Source of the DNA: Hydrolagus affinis
Taxonomy: Eukaryota
Direction of reading: 5' to 3'
Assembly: GCA_012026655.1 (NCBI GenBank)
Contig: JAAILG010000002.1
Span: forward strand, 186,001 to 250,000
DNA: 64,000 nucleotides
Shown here: positions 49,216-61,661 of the stretch, one piece after another
How the letters are laid out: each line of letters starts with the position of its first letter
How positions within the stretch are numbered: position 1 is the stretch's first letter
The notes under the pieces: generated by a model
Seen by the model: only the letters and a program-made list of their open reading frames with translations
Databases searched by the model: none
Told to the model about the DNA's origin: nothing
Translations under genes and position numbers: made by a program

Positions 49216-50090
49216 GTTTGGGTTCGAGGTCTAAATGAACTCAAATTAAAAATCAGAAATCCTCTGTATGCATAGAGAACTTCCGAAAATTTCAGTATGA
49301 AGTATCTTTGATAGGATTAACACTTGAACAAGTCAACAGTTTTAGAGGATACTGTTGATTTTATTGAATCATGCTATATGCTGTATTTCTGGCTGAAAAC
49401 AAATCACGGAATTTTCATTCCAGTTCCATGCTTCCTGATATAGTTGACCATTTATCATTACAGGGGAAAATGGTACTTAAATAATTGATGGGCTTATTAC
49501 AAAATAATTAATAACAAAGTTAATTACCGACACACACACAAGAAATCAGATAGACATATGTGGTACAGACAGTGCTGGGCAAAAGGAAAAAAAACCTGCA
49601 GTAACTGGGGAGGGGAAACACTCAGTAAAAGATCTAGGAACCCATAAATACCAAGGCATTTATAGGTGAATTTACAACCAAAATTGGCAGCGCAGTATAA
49701 AATCACACTTTGCGGAGTACAAGCTCTCATGTGTTTGAACAATTATCATTTGGCACGCATTAGAGATCTTACTCAGAAAACAATAGGGTAGTTAGCACAG
49801 AAGATGTTAAAGTGGTAGATATCAGAGACCACTGGTTTATAAACGAAGTGGTTTGCTACAAAATGGGTGGGCATTTCATCCCCAGAAGTGACATCCTCCC
49901 ATTGAGAAAGCACAACAAATGCCCTTGAGCAAGCTAATTGTTTGAAAAGTATATTATTAGATTTTACTTTGGAACATATGGTAATGGTTGAACAGAATGT
50001 TATTTTTAGTTTGTAGCTCATTGCACAACATTACTGAAAAAATGTGCGACATGTACCTTCTGCCCAGTTTGGTTTCCTCCCACGACAATA

Positions 50091-50442
50091 TAATAATAAT
50101 CCTTCCATTTGACATAGCGCCTTTTCACGTCTTCTAGACATCTCAAGCGCTTCACAGAATATGCTGTAAAGTGAATTGACTGTATATTTGTAGGCAAAAC
50201 GCAGCAGCTAATTGCGCACAGCAGTGTCCCACAGACAGTCATGGATTAAAAATGACCAATTTATTATGGCGAGTTTTTGGAGTAATTATTATTAGGGGTG
50301 TGGATTAAGGAAACTTGCCCAGGGTTTCACCCTGACCTGCCTGGATTCGAAACACAGTTCTCACACTTTTCACCTGCCTGGAATGGAACCCAGGTTTCTC
50401 AATTGCAAGGCAAGTGCTCTAACCACTGAGCTACAGGACTCC
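50091..50442 (-). mobile_element. Full-length tRNA-SINE with a duplicated B-box segment
   Basis: Minus-strand head GGAGTCCTGTAGCTCAGTGGTTAGAGCACTTGCCTTGCAA; ACCTGCCTGGA... occurs twice (50335 and 50372); body and (TAA)n. Confidence 0.93.
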
Positions 50443-50476
50443 ACAAATAATGCCAATGTAATGCATATTTAAATGA

Positions 50477-50565
50477 AAATAGTCCTTGCATTTGATATGG
50501 TGCCTCGTCACGTCATTGAGACATCTCAAAGTGCCTTGCAGACTATACTGCAAAGTGAATTAACT
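50477..50565 (-). mobile_element. tRNA-SINE 3' tail fragment
   Basis: CCTTGCATTTGATATGGTGCC...GAGACATCTCAAAGTG...ATACTGCAAAGTGAATT. Confidence 0.8.
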
Positions 50566-52392
50566 CCATAACAGGGTGGAGGGAGGAGATAATTTAGATG
50601 CCCGCTACCAAAGGGACGCAAAAGGGTGAAGTGACAAGCGCTGACAAATGCTATTTGAAGACATCAGTTGAGTCCTGTCACTTTGACTGTAAGAGCTCAG
50701 CCGTGTCGTATAATGAAGGATTTTTTCTGGCAAGAAAAAGTGATGAGAAAATCAGGTCAATGTGATCTGGCCTTGTGATGGCCAACTCTCTAAATATAAG
50801 GAGAAATCTTTGTGGAGATGGCTTGCAATCTCTATTACATTGCTTGCAAACACCAAACTCCTCGCCTACAATATCCTACATTGGAGGCAGGTGCAAATCT
50901 TGACGCCTTGTGGTAGCTTATTGGTTTACTAGTCGGGTGGAAATAAGAATTAAATAGGACAATACCTTCATCCCAGGCTGATGGAGTGAAGATTATACAA
51001 GTTCTATTTAAAATGAAAACGCAGTGACAATTCAAGGAAAGTCATTACTCCAGATAGACTTTGATTAGGATTTCATACCATCCAGATTTTGATAACATGT
51101 TGAATTCAATCTTACCATTGAAGCTCACTTTTTTAATTACTTCCAGGAAGCCAGCTTCAATGTTAAATGTTAATGTTAATCTCTGAATAGCTACATTTGG
51201 ACCTAGGTGATATGTCTTCCCACTAATTCCTTATGGTCATAGACCAACATTCTTTTATTTCAGCAGAATTTATAAACTCAAACGGGCCATGGGATGATTG
51301 GGATAGAAAATTGAATACTTAGCGCTGAGGCATATTAACCAGTGTCTGTGGAGATGACCACAGACACTGTTGAAGAGATAGGCTTTAGGGGATTTAACCT
51401 CATTGGGCTTATCCATGCCTCCCACCCCTCACTTGTAACAATTTTGGAGGTGATTTGCATTTTCTATTGAACATTTACAGTTCATCTGACTGTTGAAAGA
51501 TTCTTCGGAATTATAACAACAGGATCAGGCTTCCACTGGTAAGTGCTAGAATTTAAAACGAGGCCAAGAAGTTAAGTCTCTTAAGTTCTTCATCTTCAAA
51601 TTATAAAGGGATTGGCTTCAAACATAATGCCATCACATTTTATTCTAACGGTGACTTTCCTTTGACACAATGACTTTTGGACATAACGGCTATCTTCAAA
51701 AAGTACATAAAATGGTAATGTCTGGGTTGGAATAAGCTTTTATTTGAAATGAAAAGCCGCAGTGATCTCATCATCCTTGAAATGATCAACATACATTCAG
51801 AAATAAAGCACTATGTTATTTGCACAAAACGCTTATTGTTAAATTAAATGGATGCAATTGAAGTTTAAGTAGCAAGGCACTGACCTATTATTATTACTAT
51901 AGTAAATGCTTAGACTGATCTGTTACCATCAAAACCAGAGATAAAATAACCCTAAACTTGACCAAAGTCTTTGTTATTAAAACTTCATAATCTTACAAAC
52001 TAAGACGGCATAGAATTATAGGAAGTTATTATGTTCCATCTTAACTATTTTCTATAAAGAGAAAAACCCGTGGAAATCCAGCATTAAAAAATTGATTTCG
52101 CACCAGTTTAAATTTGAAAGACAAATCAGATTTAAAGGCTAAGACTAGGTAGAAGTTTAGGCTTCAATTGCCTGAAAAATATCAGTGAAATTTGACATCT
52201 GAAGGATCTTGGCTATGTTTTTTGTGTGGGTGAGTGCAGCGGGAGTACGAACAAGCAAGATACAGGGAAAAGAAAACTCCAATTGAAGTGACTGGGTATG
52301 GTGGGAGGAATCATTTCAAGAAGGGCAAACAGCTTGTCACTGTACACTTAGATAAGAATTTAAGTATAAATTAGAATAATGGATGGTTGAAA

Positions 52393-52574
52393 AATAATAA
52401 TAACAATAAATTGGTCACTCAATTCACGACTTGTGGGATACTGCAGTGCGCATTTGGCTGCCATGTTTCTCCCACAATATATACAATCAATTTGCTTTGC
52501 AGGATATTCTGTGAGGCACTTTGAGATGCCTTGAAGAAGTGATGAGGCGCTATATCAAATGCAATGATTATTAT
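52393..52574 (+). mobile_element. tRNA-SINE 3' half
   Basis: AATAAATTGGTCACTCAATTCACGACTTGTGGGATACTGCAGTGCGCA...GCGCTATATCAAATGCAATGATTATTA. Confidence 0.88.
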
Positions 52575-53481
52575 CCCTCAAACACTTTGATAAGAAAATC
52601 CCTTTCGAGACTCCGGAGTCCGTTATCATGGATTAAATCTCATTGCGGCATTTTCAAGATTTTGATTAGTCAAAAGAGTTTTAAAGATCTTCTGTTGTGG
52701 GGAAAGACTGAGTTGTCACAGTTAGATCAAAACAGGATTGGAAACTGGATGTATGCAGGTGAAACAAATTGAAATTGTTATCACATTTTGAAGTTATTAT
52801 TACTAAACAGATAAAGTTAGTTTTTTTTAAAAAAGGAATCACTTTTCTCTCTCCTGTATTTTCTTGCTGCTTCTTTGAAAACCAGCAGATTCACTTGTAC
52901 TGGCCTCACAAAGAGGAATTGGCTGCTCGACCATCATAATCTCTGCTGGCCAAAGCCATTATGGAATGCTTAATATCTGCTCTCATCTCCCATTCGTTTT
53001 TCGCCAATGTTGAGCCAGCCCTCTTCATAGCCATGGAAATCCCATTACCTTGTCAGTTATTGACCCTGCCATTTAAAATATATATATATACATAGTATAC
53101 ACACGCGTAAGTGCGAGAGCAGGTTTGATTCAGGTAATTTTTGCATTGGAAGATTTGCTCAACAGGAGCCACATCATGCCCGCTTTATTGTCAGATTGTC
53201 TCCGCATGAGGTGTCTAGACCATTGTGATGCTTCAAATCTTAAACTACCAATACAAAGATTATTCCTTCCCCCTCCCCCACCCCCACTCCACCCCCACAT
53301 GCGATTCCAAATACCCGATGAGTTGTTGAATAAACTTCGAGATGGACTCTGGTTTTCAAAAACTTTTTCCTTCTCTTGGAAATGAGGAACAGAGTCGCTG
53401 GGTGATTGTTTCTCACCCCACCTCCCGTACAGAGGGTGTCCGGTATTCATACAATGCATCTAGCAGCTTAATCAGATGAAT

Positions 53482-53650
53482 TAATAATGATACTTGCATT
53501 TGATGGAGTGCCTTATCACATCTGCGAGACGTCTCAAAGCGCTTCACAGAATATACGGTAAAGTGAATTGCCTGTACATTTTGTGGGTGCCATTGCACAT
53601 AGCACTGTTCCACAAACAGTTGTGTGGAATGAGTGACAAATTAATTATTA
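53482..53650 (-). mobile_element. tRNA-SINE 3' half
   Basis: CTTGCATTTGAT...GAGACGTCTCAAAGCGCTTCACAGAATATAC...CCACAAACAGTTGTGTGG. Confidence 0.88.
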
Positions 53651-54380
53651 ATTGCTGAATGTGGGTACAATTCTGGCATCCCACCACTTCCATTGTAGAC
53701 CAATTAACTCCTTTGTTCAGTTCTGTGCAAGTGACTGCTTGTGTTTATGTTTCAATCTCCATCTGAACCATCATTCTCTACCTTTCATGTTTGGCTCAAC
53801 AGATCACTAAAGATGCAAAGATTTGATGTGCTCGTGAATATTGTTCTTTTACCCGCTCAACTTTGCGGTAACCAAGAGCTCAGAAGTAAATTATGCATTT
53901 TCATGAAATTCCTCGCTAGAACGTGTTTCTTTGGAACACCTAATTGTTAGGATTATACTTGACATCAAAAACTGATAAATATTTAATAATTCCGAATGAA
54001 ATTTTAATTGCTTCGAGGATCAATACTGCATGCAAATTAGATTAGCTCCTTTTCTTTTTTTAAAAAAAGTACATTTTAAATGTAGTCAAAATAAATGTTC
54101 ACTGGTGACAAAATTATGTCTGCCCACGTTCGTTATTAGATTTGCTCAGTTGAACATTGGGATAAATCAACTTAAATTCAGGATGTTTTTGACACAAAGG
54201 AACTTTTCACATTTTAAGGTGATACATTTGAGAATGCAGCATCGTGCGCTGATCATTTACTGCTCGGTCATCCCTCTCAGCTCCTGTTAACCCTGCAAGC
54301 CAAAGCCTTAATGGCCAGGACGGTCCTTGCTGGACAAGCAGCAGGAAAGCTCGTCGGACGGCAAAATCAATGGCAATTCA

Positions 54381-54540
54381 GTTTCAGCCGGTTAGACTTA
54401 CCCCTACTCACACTCTGGGATCCCCAAGCCTTGGCTCTTGCCAACCTGCTCCTAATACATATCGGAATTAGGTAGGCAAGTTATGTCACTTGGGATGTGA
54501 AAGACGCTATACAAATGTAATGCTGTTGTTGTTGTTATTG
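54381..54540 (+). mobile_element. Repeat with an L2 family-B tail; body shared with 1060-1263
   Basis: GGTTAGACT...CACACTCTGGGATCCCCAAGCC...CTTGGGATGTGAAAGACGCTATACAAATGTAAT...(GTT)n. Confidence 0.55.
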
Positions 54541-57214
54541 TCTCTCTGGGCAGAGCGTGCGGTTTCGATTCCCAACAATCTATCTCTTGGATTTCCATGT
54601 GTAGGTGTGACGCATGGCTGTCTCAGCTCGGTTTGGATACTATACTCTTAAGCACGGCGATGGGTTTATGTGCAAGTGGAAAGACACTCCAACACACCCA
54701 AAAAAATTCTCATGCAGTTCACAGTGGCAGTGACTCAAGCAATTCAAACTGGGAAATGGTCCAATTTAAATTTGAAAGTGATTGAGCAGTTCATTGATAT
54801 TATTCAGTTGCAAACAACACAGTACAATTATTATGTCACGACAAGGGATATTTTTCCTATCTAAGGTTACAGTTTTGCTTTGGAATGAACAAGACAAGCT
54901 GTCACTTATTACATTGTCCTTTTGGTGTATCTACAATTGGCATGCAATTCAGAAGGTTTTAATCTATTTTTTAAAAAAACGCAGACTCACTAAAGCCCAT
55001 CTTTCTGCGGTTACCATCAATATCATTTAAATTAAAAAAAGTTAGCCATTGTAGTAGAATATAAACACATTATTTGCCAAATTCAATTTGGCCACCAACT
55101 TGTCCAGTCTATCATCTTCTCGGAAGGACATACACGCACACACCAACTCTACACTAAAATATGGTTTCATGTGTACATTGGAAATACTGTTTACTTTGTA
55201 GCAGCAGTTAGCAATATATTCCAGTAAACCAGAGTTCAAACAAATTTAGTGTATATATATATATATATAATTGTAGATTAGTCTTCTACAGAAAATCCAC
55301 AACTCCTAAATAGCAGACCTGTTAACAGCCCTCATGTGTATGCATCTTAAGGTAGGTGTAGGAGTGACTGAGTGCTTCCTCAAAGTTCTTACATTCGTTA
55401 TCCATCATTAAAATTAATTAGGCAAATATATTACTGTACAGAGAGTAATCTTTCACTTCAGTGCCATTCATTTTATTACCACTTGAATTGCATTGTCAAT
55501 GCTATTTTCTGTATTGGTTAGCAACAAATTCAATAGCACGGAATAATAAATTGTTTCATAGCTTATGAAGGTTATAAGACCAGCGAACTAACTGAAGTGT
55601 ACACTTTTGTTGAATTAAATCACCAATTAAACGATCAGCACTCTGGTTGTTTTAATTTTGTCACAATAAATATTGCTAATAGATGTTTTATTAAAGGGGC
55701 AGATCCTTTATCTAAGTTTTTTTTAATCTTCCATCTGTATTACCAGTTTTGCTTTGATTCTCTTCAAGTTCTGTGAAAATAAAGGATGGCCACTTTCAAA
55801 CAACAGATCCGGGGTTTTGTAAACATACAAAAGGAATAAGGAAATCAGCACTGCATCCCAGAATGAGAAGTTGATTCAGATCTCATGGGCAATTTTCTGT
55901 ATTGAAGCTTCATGATACTCTAAACAAACAAGTCAACATCTGTTGTAACTTTGAAGGCTCTCTCAATTCAGCTGAGACTTATTGTCTTTGCCACTTCCTC
56001 AGCGAGATCTCCCAAGAGCACTCTTTTTTTAAAATATAAAGGTTAATTCGAATCTGAAGATTTCGGTTTCTAAGCAAATTTAATGCATATTCAAAAGTAA
56101 ATCTCGCCATTGCTGCGTGTTTGATTTGAGAACGCTTTCAAGGTTTAATCTAAGAAGGTTACAATACCTGCTCAATCCCAGAAGGAACACACACACACAT
56201 GGTTCCCACCTCAATGAGTGGAAATTCTAGTCTTTGTTGCACATATTGCTTTTGGCGCCGTTATCTGAGAACAGGATTTCCTATTACAATTGTGTATCTC
56301 CAAAGAAGCTATGAGTAATGCAGTTGGAATTTCAGGCAAACAGAGAGGGGAATAATGCTAACCTTACGTACTGTCATTTTTAGTTGAGAAATTTTTCACA
56401 TTTTTTTTTGCTGAAGGCCAGGAACTGCTTTAGAATGTGCAATGAATTCAAGAATTTCTCAATCATCTTCCAATTTAAATTGGCTGAAAGAAACAAAAAT
56501 GGTCTATTGAGCAAGCTTTCTTCATTTAAAATTAACTGCGTACACAAATATGTCCGCCAGCATTGTAGTCTGCTGTTTTTTTAAGCAAGCAATAAGTATG
56601 TTAACTCATGAATCCTTTATTATCCAGCTTTAAAATCAGATCAGCTTATTGCAAAATCCACCACCAGGTCTACAGGGAAATCAGCTGTATTGGTACAAGA
56701 ATGCTTTAGGTTTTTGGACTTTTCATCAATATAGCATCAGTCACTGGTGTAATGCCATTTTGCAGAGCTAACATGAATGCCAACAGGCTTGGCAATAGTG
56801 ACTTCATTAAAACATTAAAATACAATAAAGAAAATGTGAGTTGTGAATTAATCAAACCAAGATGCACACCTCTACAACCGAGTGGTTTGACCCAAGCTAT
56901 CTTAACCATATAGTTTCCAGAACAAAAGAAACAGCTGTATGGTATTGATACAGTAAAATGTTGATTGAAATTAACTGCTCAACTCTTGAGAAGCCTGTTA
57001 GATTTAACTGTTTTACGTATTCAATGACGAGAACAAAAACAGGTTTAGATTACAAGAGCTGCAACAATGCTATTTAACTTTGTAAATTAGGTTACAGTCT
57101 TGGGGTCCAAAGTTTGAATGATTGCAAAAGTTTATCCCCAATTTAGTCACAAACCCTTGAATGCCAGGTTCTCTGTCCCTGGAAAATTCTGTATAATCAG
57201 TTTTAAACCTGTAG

Positions 57215-57296
57215 TCCCGACCCCTGACTGTTCAACACCTTAGGACGTCCTCCCGACATGAAGAGCGCTCTATCAATGCAATTTTGTTGTTGTTAT
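57215..57296 (+). mobile_element. L2 family-B 3' tail
   Basis: CCTTAGGACGTCCTCCCGACATGAAGAGCGCTCTATCAATGCAATTTTGTTGTTGTT. Confidence 0.8.
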
Positions 57297-57377
57297 TTAA
57301 ACCTGGCGGGAATACTGTAGATGAGAGAGAAGGGTATTCTTCTCCCCCTTCTGCGATTGATAACCTCATCTTCCCAC

Positions 57378-57590
57378 ACAACAACAACAAAATTCCACTT
57401 ATCTAACATCTTTCACATTGGAAGGACATTCCAAGGTGCAGACAGTTACGAGTTTGCACCCGAGTTGGAATCAAGACAAGTGGAGGGTTGGCAGGGGTGG
57501 GGTGGGGGTTGAAGACACAGTCAAAGAAGAAGGTCTAGAGACAGGCTTTGAAGGAAGCAAAGGAAGGAGCGAGGCAGAGGGAATCTCTGA
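57378..57590 (-). mobile_element. L2 family-B 3' end
   Basis: (CAA)n AAATTCCACTT...GGACATTCCAAGGTG...GTCAAAGAAGAAGGTCTAGAGACAGGCTTTGAAGGAAGCAA resembles the reverse complement of 15361-15576. Confidence 0.75.
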
Positions 57591-57677
57591 ATGGACTCTA
57601 GCCTTCACAATTTATCAGAGGCTTGGATTGTGTCTTACAAGTAGTCGGAAAAAAAAATCTGCATGGAAACATCTGTA

Positions 57678-58070
57678 CAACAACATCAACAACAACTTTG
57701 ATTTATATAGCGCCCTCCACGCCAGATGGCGTCTCAGAGCACTTCACAATAGCGGATCCCGGGACTGAGCCAGGAGCAGGGGCAGGAAGGTGACCAAAAG
57801 CTCGGTCGAAGAGAAAGGTCTTCAACTGTGACTTGAAACTGGGAAGAGAGGGGGCGAGGCGAAACAAGTGAGGAAGGGAGTTCCAGAGCCTCGGGGTGTA
57901 GTGGCTAAAGGCACGGTCGCCGAGGGTGGAGCAGAGGACTCAGGGGACATGGAGGAGGCCAGACCCAGAGGAACGAAGGCAGCCAGTGCTGGGTTGTGAG
58001 GAGAGGAGATCAGAGAGATAGGGGGGTGCAGAGTAGTGGAGGGATTTGAAAACAAGGGTGAGGATCTTTA
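57678..58070 (-). mobile_element. L2 family-A 3' end (longest copy in the window)
   Basis: Minus strand translates approximately KILTLVFKSLHYSAPPYLSDLL and STLGDRAFSHYTPRLWNSLP, then LKTFLFDRAF; (TTG)n tail. Confidence 0.93.
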
Positions 58071-58384
58071 TTGATACTTATAAATGAAAACAGCCCTCAG
58101 ACTTCAAAGAACCATTGCAGTTGAACAGTCTTGTACTTGACTGATGGCCTTGACGAGTGTTATACCATTGTCTTCATTGTTCCAATGAATGTGGTCATTT
58201 ATTGGGACATATTCATATCTGTGTAACGCGCGAGTATAATGGTTTTATTAGCATTATTGAATGTAAACTTGCCGCAAAATTTATATCTGTGTAATAACTT
58301 AAATTTTTTACACAACTTATGCAAACAAGCCACATCAACATGTTATTTCCTTCTTAATATTTTCACTATCGCAATGAGCCAGAA

Positions 58385-58536
58385 TATTTGGAGTGAGAAG
58401 TAGAGGGGTATTTGGGGAGGACAAGATTGCAGGCCTATGGAGAGAAAGCAGGCCGGTGGGATTGAGTTGGACAGCTCTTTTTGGAGCTGGCGAAGACACA
58501 ATGGGATGAATGGCCTCTTTCTATGCTGTATGGTTC
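58385..58536 (+). mobile_element. CR1 3' end
   Basis: TTGCAGGCCTATGGAGAGAAAGCAGGCCGGTGGGATTGAGTTGGACAGCTCTTT...GACACAATGGGATGAATGGCCTCTTTCTATGCTGTA. Confidence 0.85.
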
Positions 58537-58681
58537 AATGAGCAGCTTTCTTGCAGCCAACATGTAACAAAGCTTTATTTGAAAATACAGAAGTGTGCAT
58601 CGTGTTTAGATTTTCACCAAATGTTCTGAGCTGCTGTGCAGGAGCTTTGACAGAGCTGGTAAGGTTTTGGTGATACAAAAC

Positions 58682-59005
58682 ATAATAATAATGCTTGCAT
58701 TTGATATAGCACTTTTCACTTCTTCTAGACATCTCAAAGCACATCACGGAATATACTGTAGAGTGAATTGACTGTAGATTTTGTGGATGAAACACGGCAG
58801 CCAATTGCGCCCAGCAGTGTCCCACAATCAGTCGTGGAACGAAGTTTCAAATTTATTATTGTTTTTTTGGGAGGAATTATTATCAGGCGGGTGCAGCAAG
58901 AAAAGTTGCCCAAGATTTTGCCCTGGGGGTGGGGGGGGAGGGGGAAGCGAGCCCAGGTCCCTCGCTTGCGAGGCGAGTGCTCTAACCTCTGAGCTACAGG
59001 ACTCC
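58682..59005 (-). mobile_element. Full-length tRNA-SINE
   Basis: Minus-strand head GGAGTCCTGTAGCTCAGAGGTTAGAGCACTCGCCTCGCAAGCGAGGGACCTGGG; body with a C-run expansion; (TAA)n. Confidence 0.92.
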
Positions 59006-61351
59006 AACATTGTGAACTGTGAGCGCGACAGCATCTGCGCATGAGCCAAGCACGAGCATCAATAATCGAGAGCCTTGGAGCCCATCGTCTAATTCACTTG
59101 CTGCGTTGCTGGACTGCCTTCTGCTTACCATGTCCACGTGGATACTGAGATGTATGTGAAGCAAGATAAAAGCAGTTTATGAAGACACAGCAACAGGTTA
59201 GCAACATAACCAAGCAGACTGCATTCTGCACGCAGTGGCAATGCAACACCCTAAATCACAGACAAGAACCAGAATGAGACAAGAGCGTTAACATACACCG
59301 CAGCCCCCACCGTAAGCAACGTCTTCATCACACACTCTATAATAGGAAAAACAATTACAAGCACGCAACAGCCAATTCAGGATAGCTCATGAACAACGCA
59401 ATAATAATTTTCACCGATTTAGTTTGAAATACTTCAGCTGTAACCATAAAAAAATTATAACAATTGTGTAGATGGATTAGAAGCTTGCTAGGAAATTTAG
59501 TGAATATTTTTCCCCAAACACCTGAATAATCCTGCCAAGTTTTTTCACTGAGGTGTGGTGGAAATTATATGTAAATTTTAATTTACATATTCATCCGGCA
59601 GCACATAATTAGCTGTCAAACCACAAAATAGAACTAAAGGCTTTTTCTTTTTAAAAAACACACACACACACCAATGGCACACACCAGTTAATGGAAATGA
59701 AAGAAACTGTGCTTTCAAGCCATTCGATTTATTTTGTCCAACACGCGACTTGTCCTGTTTACACCTTGACCACCCGAGTACTTAACACATTTGTACTGAG
59801 ATTACAACAGTGGAATTAAATGGAAATATTTTGAACTGAGCAGCTTCAACCTACATTTTCTTACATGTGCTGGCAATCTTATTATCATATGTTGTAACCG
59901 CTTGCTCGCTGACTAATCAATGACTGTATCCATAGCAACAGTACATTTCAGCAGAGTGCACTTGGATATTAAAAAAAATAACAATTTTGCTTTCTTTCCA
60001 TTTTCTACCTGATAGGAGGACCTGTTTGAAAGGAATCACTAACTCTGCTGTTAACTCAACTTCAGATATATACTGCGCATATATTTTTAAAAACTGGCAA
60101 ATATACTTTTCCCTCTCTCGAACGAAAAGGTCAGGAGCTTCCAAGAAGACACCATATATTTTCAAATGAGTATGATTGAACAAGAGAGGGTTTGGACATT
60201 ATTTCTACAGCAGTTTGTCCAATTATGTGTCTGAAATAAAGGAGGAAGATTAAATTGGATATTCCTACATGAGGCAGCCATTATATCTCAAAATGTCACA
60301 GAGAGTTCCAAGGAAATGTCACATTCTGAAGTACTGGCATAGTTTTGATCACCTTTGTTTACACCTTGTTCCATGATTACTTTTATCAATATGTTTAATG
60401 ATCGATGGCTTAGAATTCTACACTACCTTTTACCTGTAGATGAAAGATGGCTGATTTTCATTTCAGCTGCAGAAGTCAAAGATGATTTACATCTAGAGAT
60501 TCAATGTCATGTTTGAAAAGTTGCATTTTAAATCAGGGTGAAACTATAGTGTAAAAGCAATAGGATGTGCAAACTGTGATTAAAATTACATCTCACTCTA
60601 TTGAGCTGATGAAACTGTACATAACAGTTATTTATGGGGCCCCCTTCAGTAATACATATAATATGTGTGTGTCTGTGGGCATAGACATATCTAGCTCATT
60701 CAATAACATGAAGCTTTTTTTTCTACAGAAACGTACACATCCAAATTTTATAAACCATTTAAAAATGTAACCACTGAAACGCCACCATTAAACTCGCTTC
60801 TCTTTTCTCAGGAGAGAAAGAAAATGCTCAGATGGCCTTGAATCACTGTCTGACGTTCTGAAATATAATGGTTACCAAATGCATAGCATCAGACGATAAC
60901 CTTTAGATAATATTTTTTTTCTCTGAATACACATGATAGGCCAATGTCTGGCACATATTTACAAATTTTTCAGCGTGGTGGGAAAATCGCGTTTAAATAT
61001 CCACAGTGGCAGGTTGAAGGTTTATTGATGGGAATTTTACATCATATTAAAACGTGTTCTGCTGCTACATGAATTTATGAGCCTTTGCAATAGACTGCCT
61101 TTGCAAAGCTTTAACTGCATGACATTATGTTCTTGATCAATAGAATCCCATTTTAATTGTCTTTACATTGAGATCCTGTTTTACGTGACAATTATGAAAC
61201 CAACAAAGTAGAAATTGTGAATGTCTAATAATGTCTCAGCTTAGTCACAGCTCAATTCGCAGGACATATCCACGTGATAAACAATGAACAAACTCAAAGA
61301 AACAGTTAACTTGGTTGGCCGCTAGGAGATTAATGGATTGCATAAAAGGAT

Positions 61352-61661
61352 ATAATAATAATCCTTGCATTTGATATAGCGCTTTTCACATCTTATCGAT
61401 GTCTCAAAGTGCTTCGCAGAATAAAGTGAATTGACTGTATATTTGTGGGCAAAACGCGGCAGGCAAAGGCGCACAGCAGTGTCCCACAAACAGTCGTGGA
61501 TCGAAATGACTAATTTTTATTATTGTGTTTTTTTGGAAGGATTATTATTAGGCGTGTGGAGTCAGGAAACTTGCTCAAGGTTTCGCCCTGACCTGCCTGG
61601 ATTCGAACACAGGTCTCACACTTGTAAGGTGAGTTCCCTAACCACTGAGCTACAGGACTCC
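61352..61661 (-). mobile_element. Full-length tRNA-SINE subfamily 1
   Basis: Reverse complement of the 19610-19932 type, with intact A and B boxes (GGATTCGAAC on the plus strand). Confidence 0.95.

Noticed and set aside
57719-57734. CTCF-like motif CGCCAGATGGCG
   Set aside because: It is the L2 3' stem-loop altered by probable CpG decay; sister copies lack the match and key positions mismatch.
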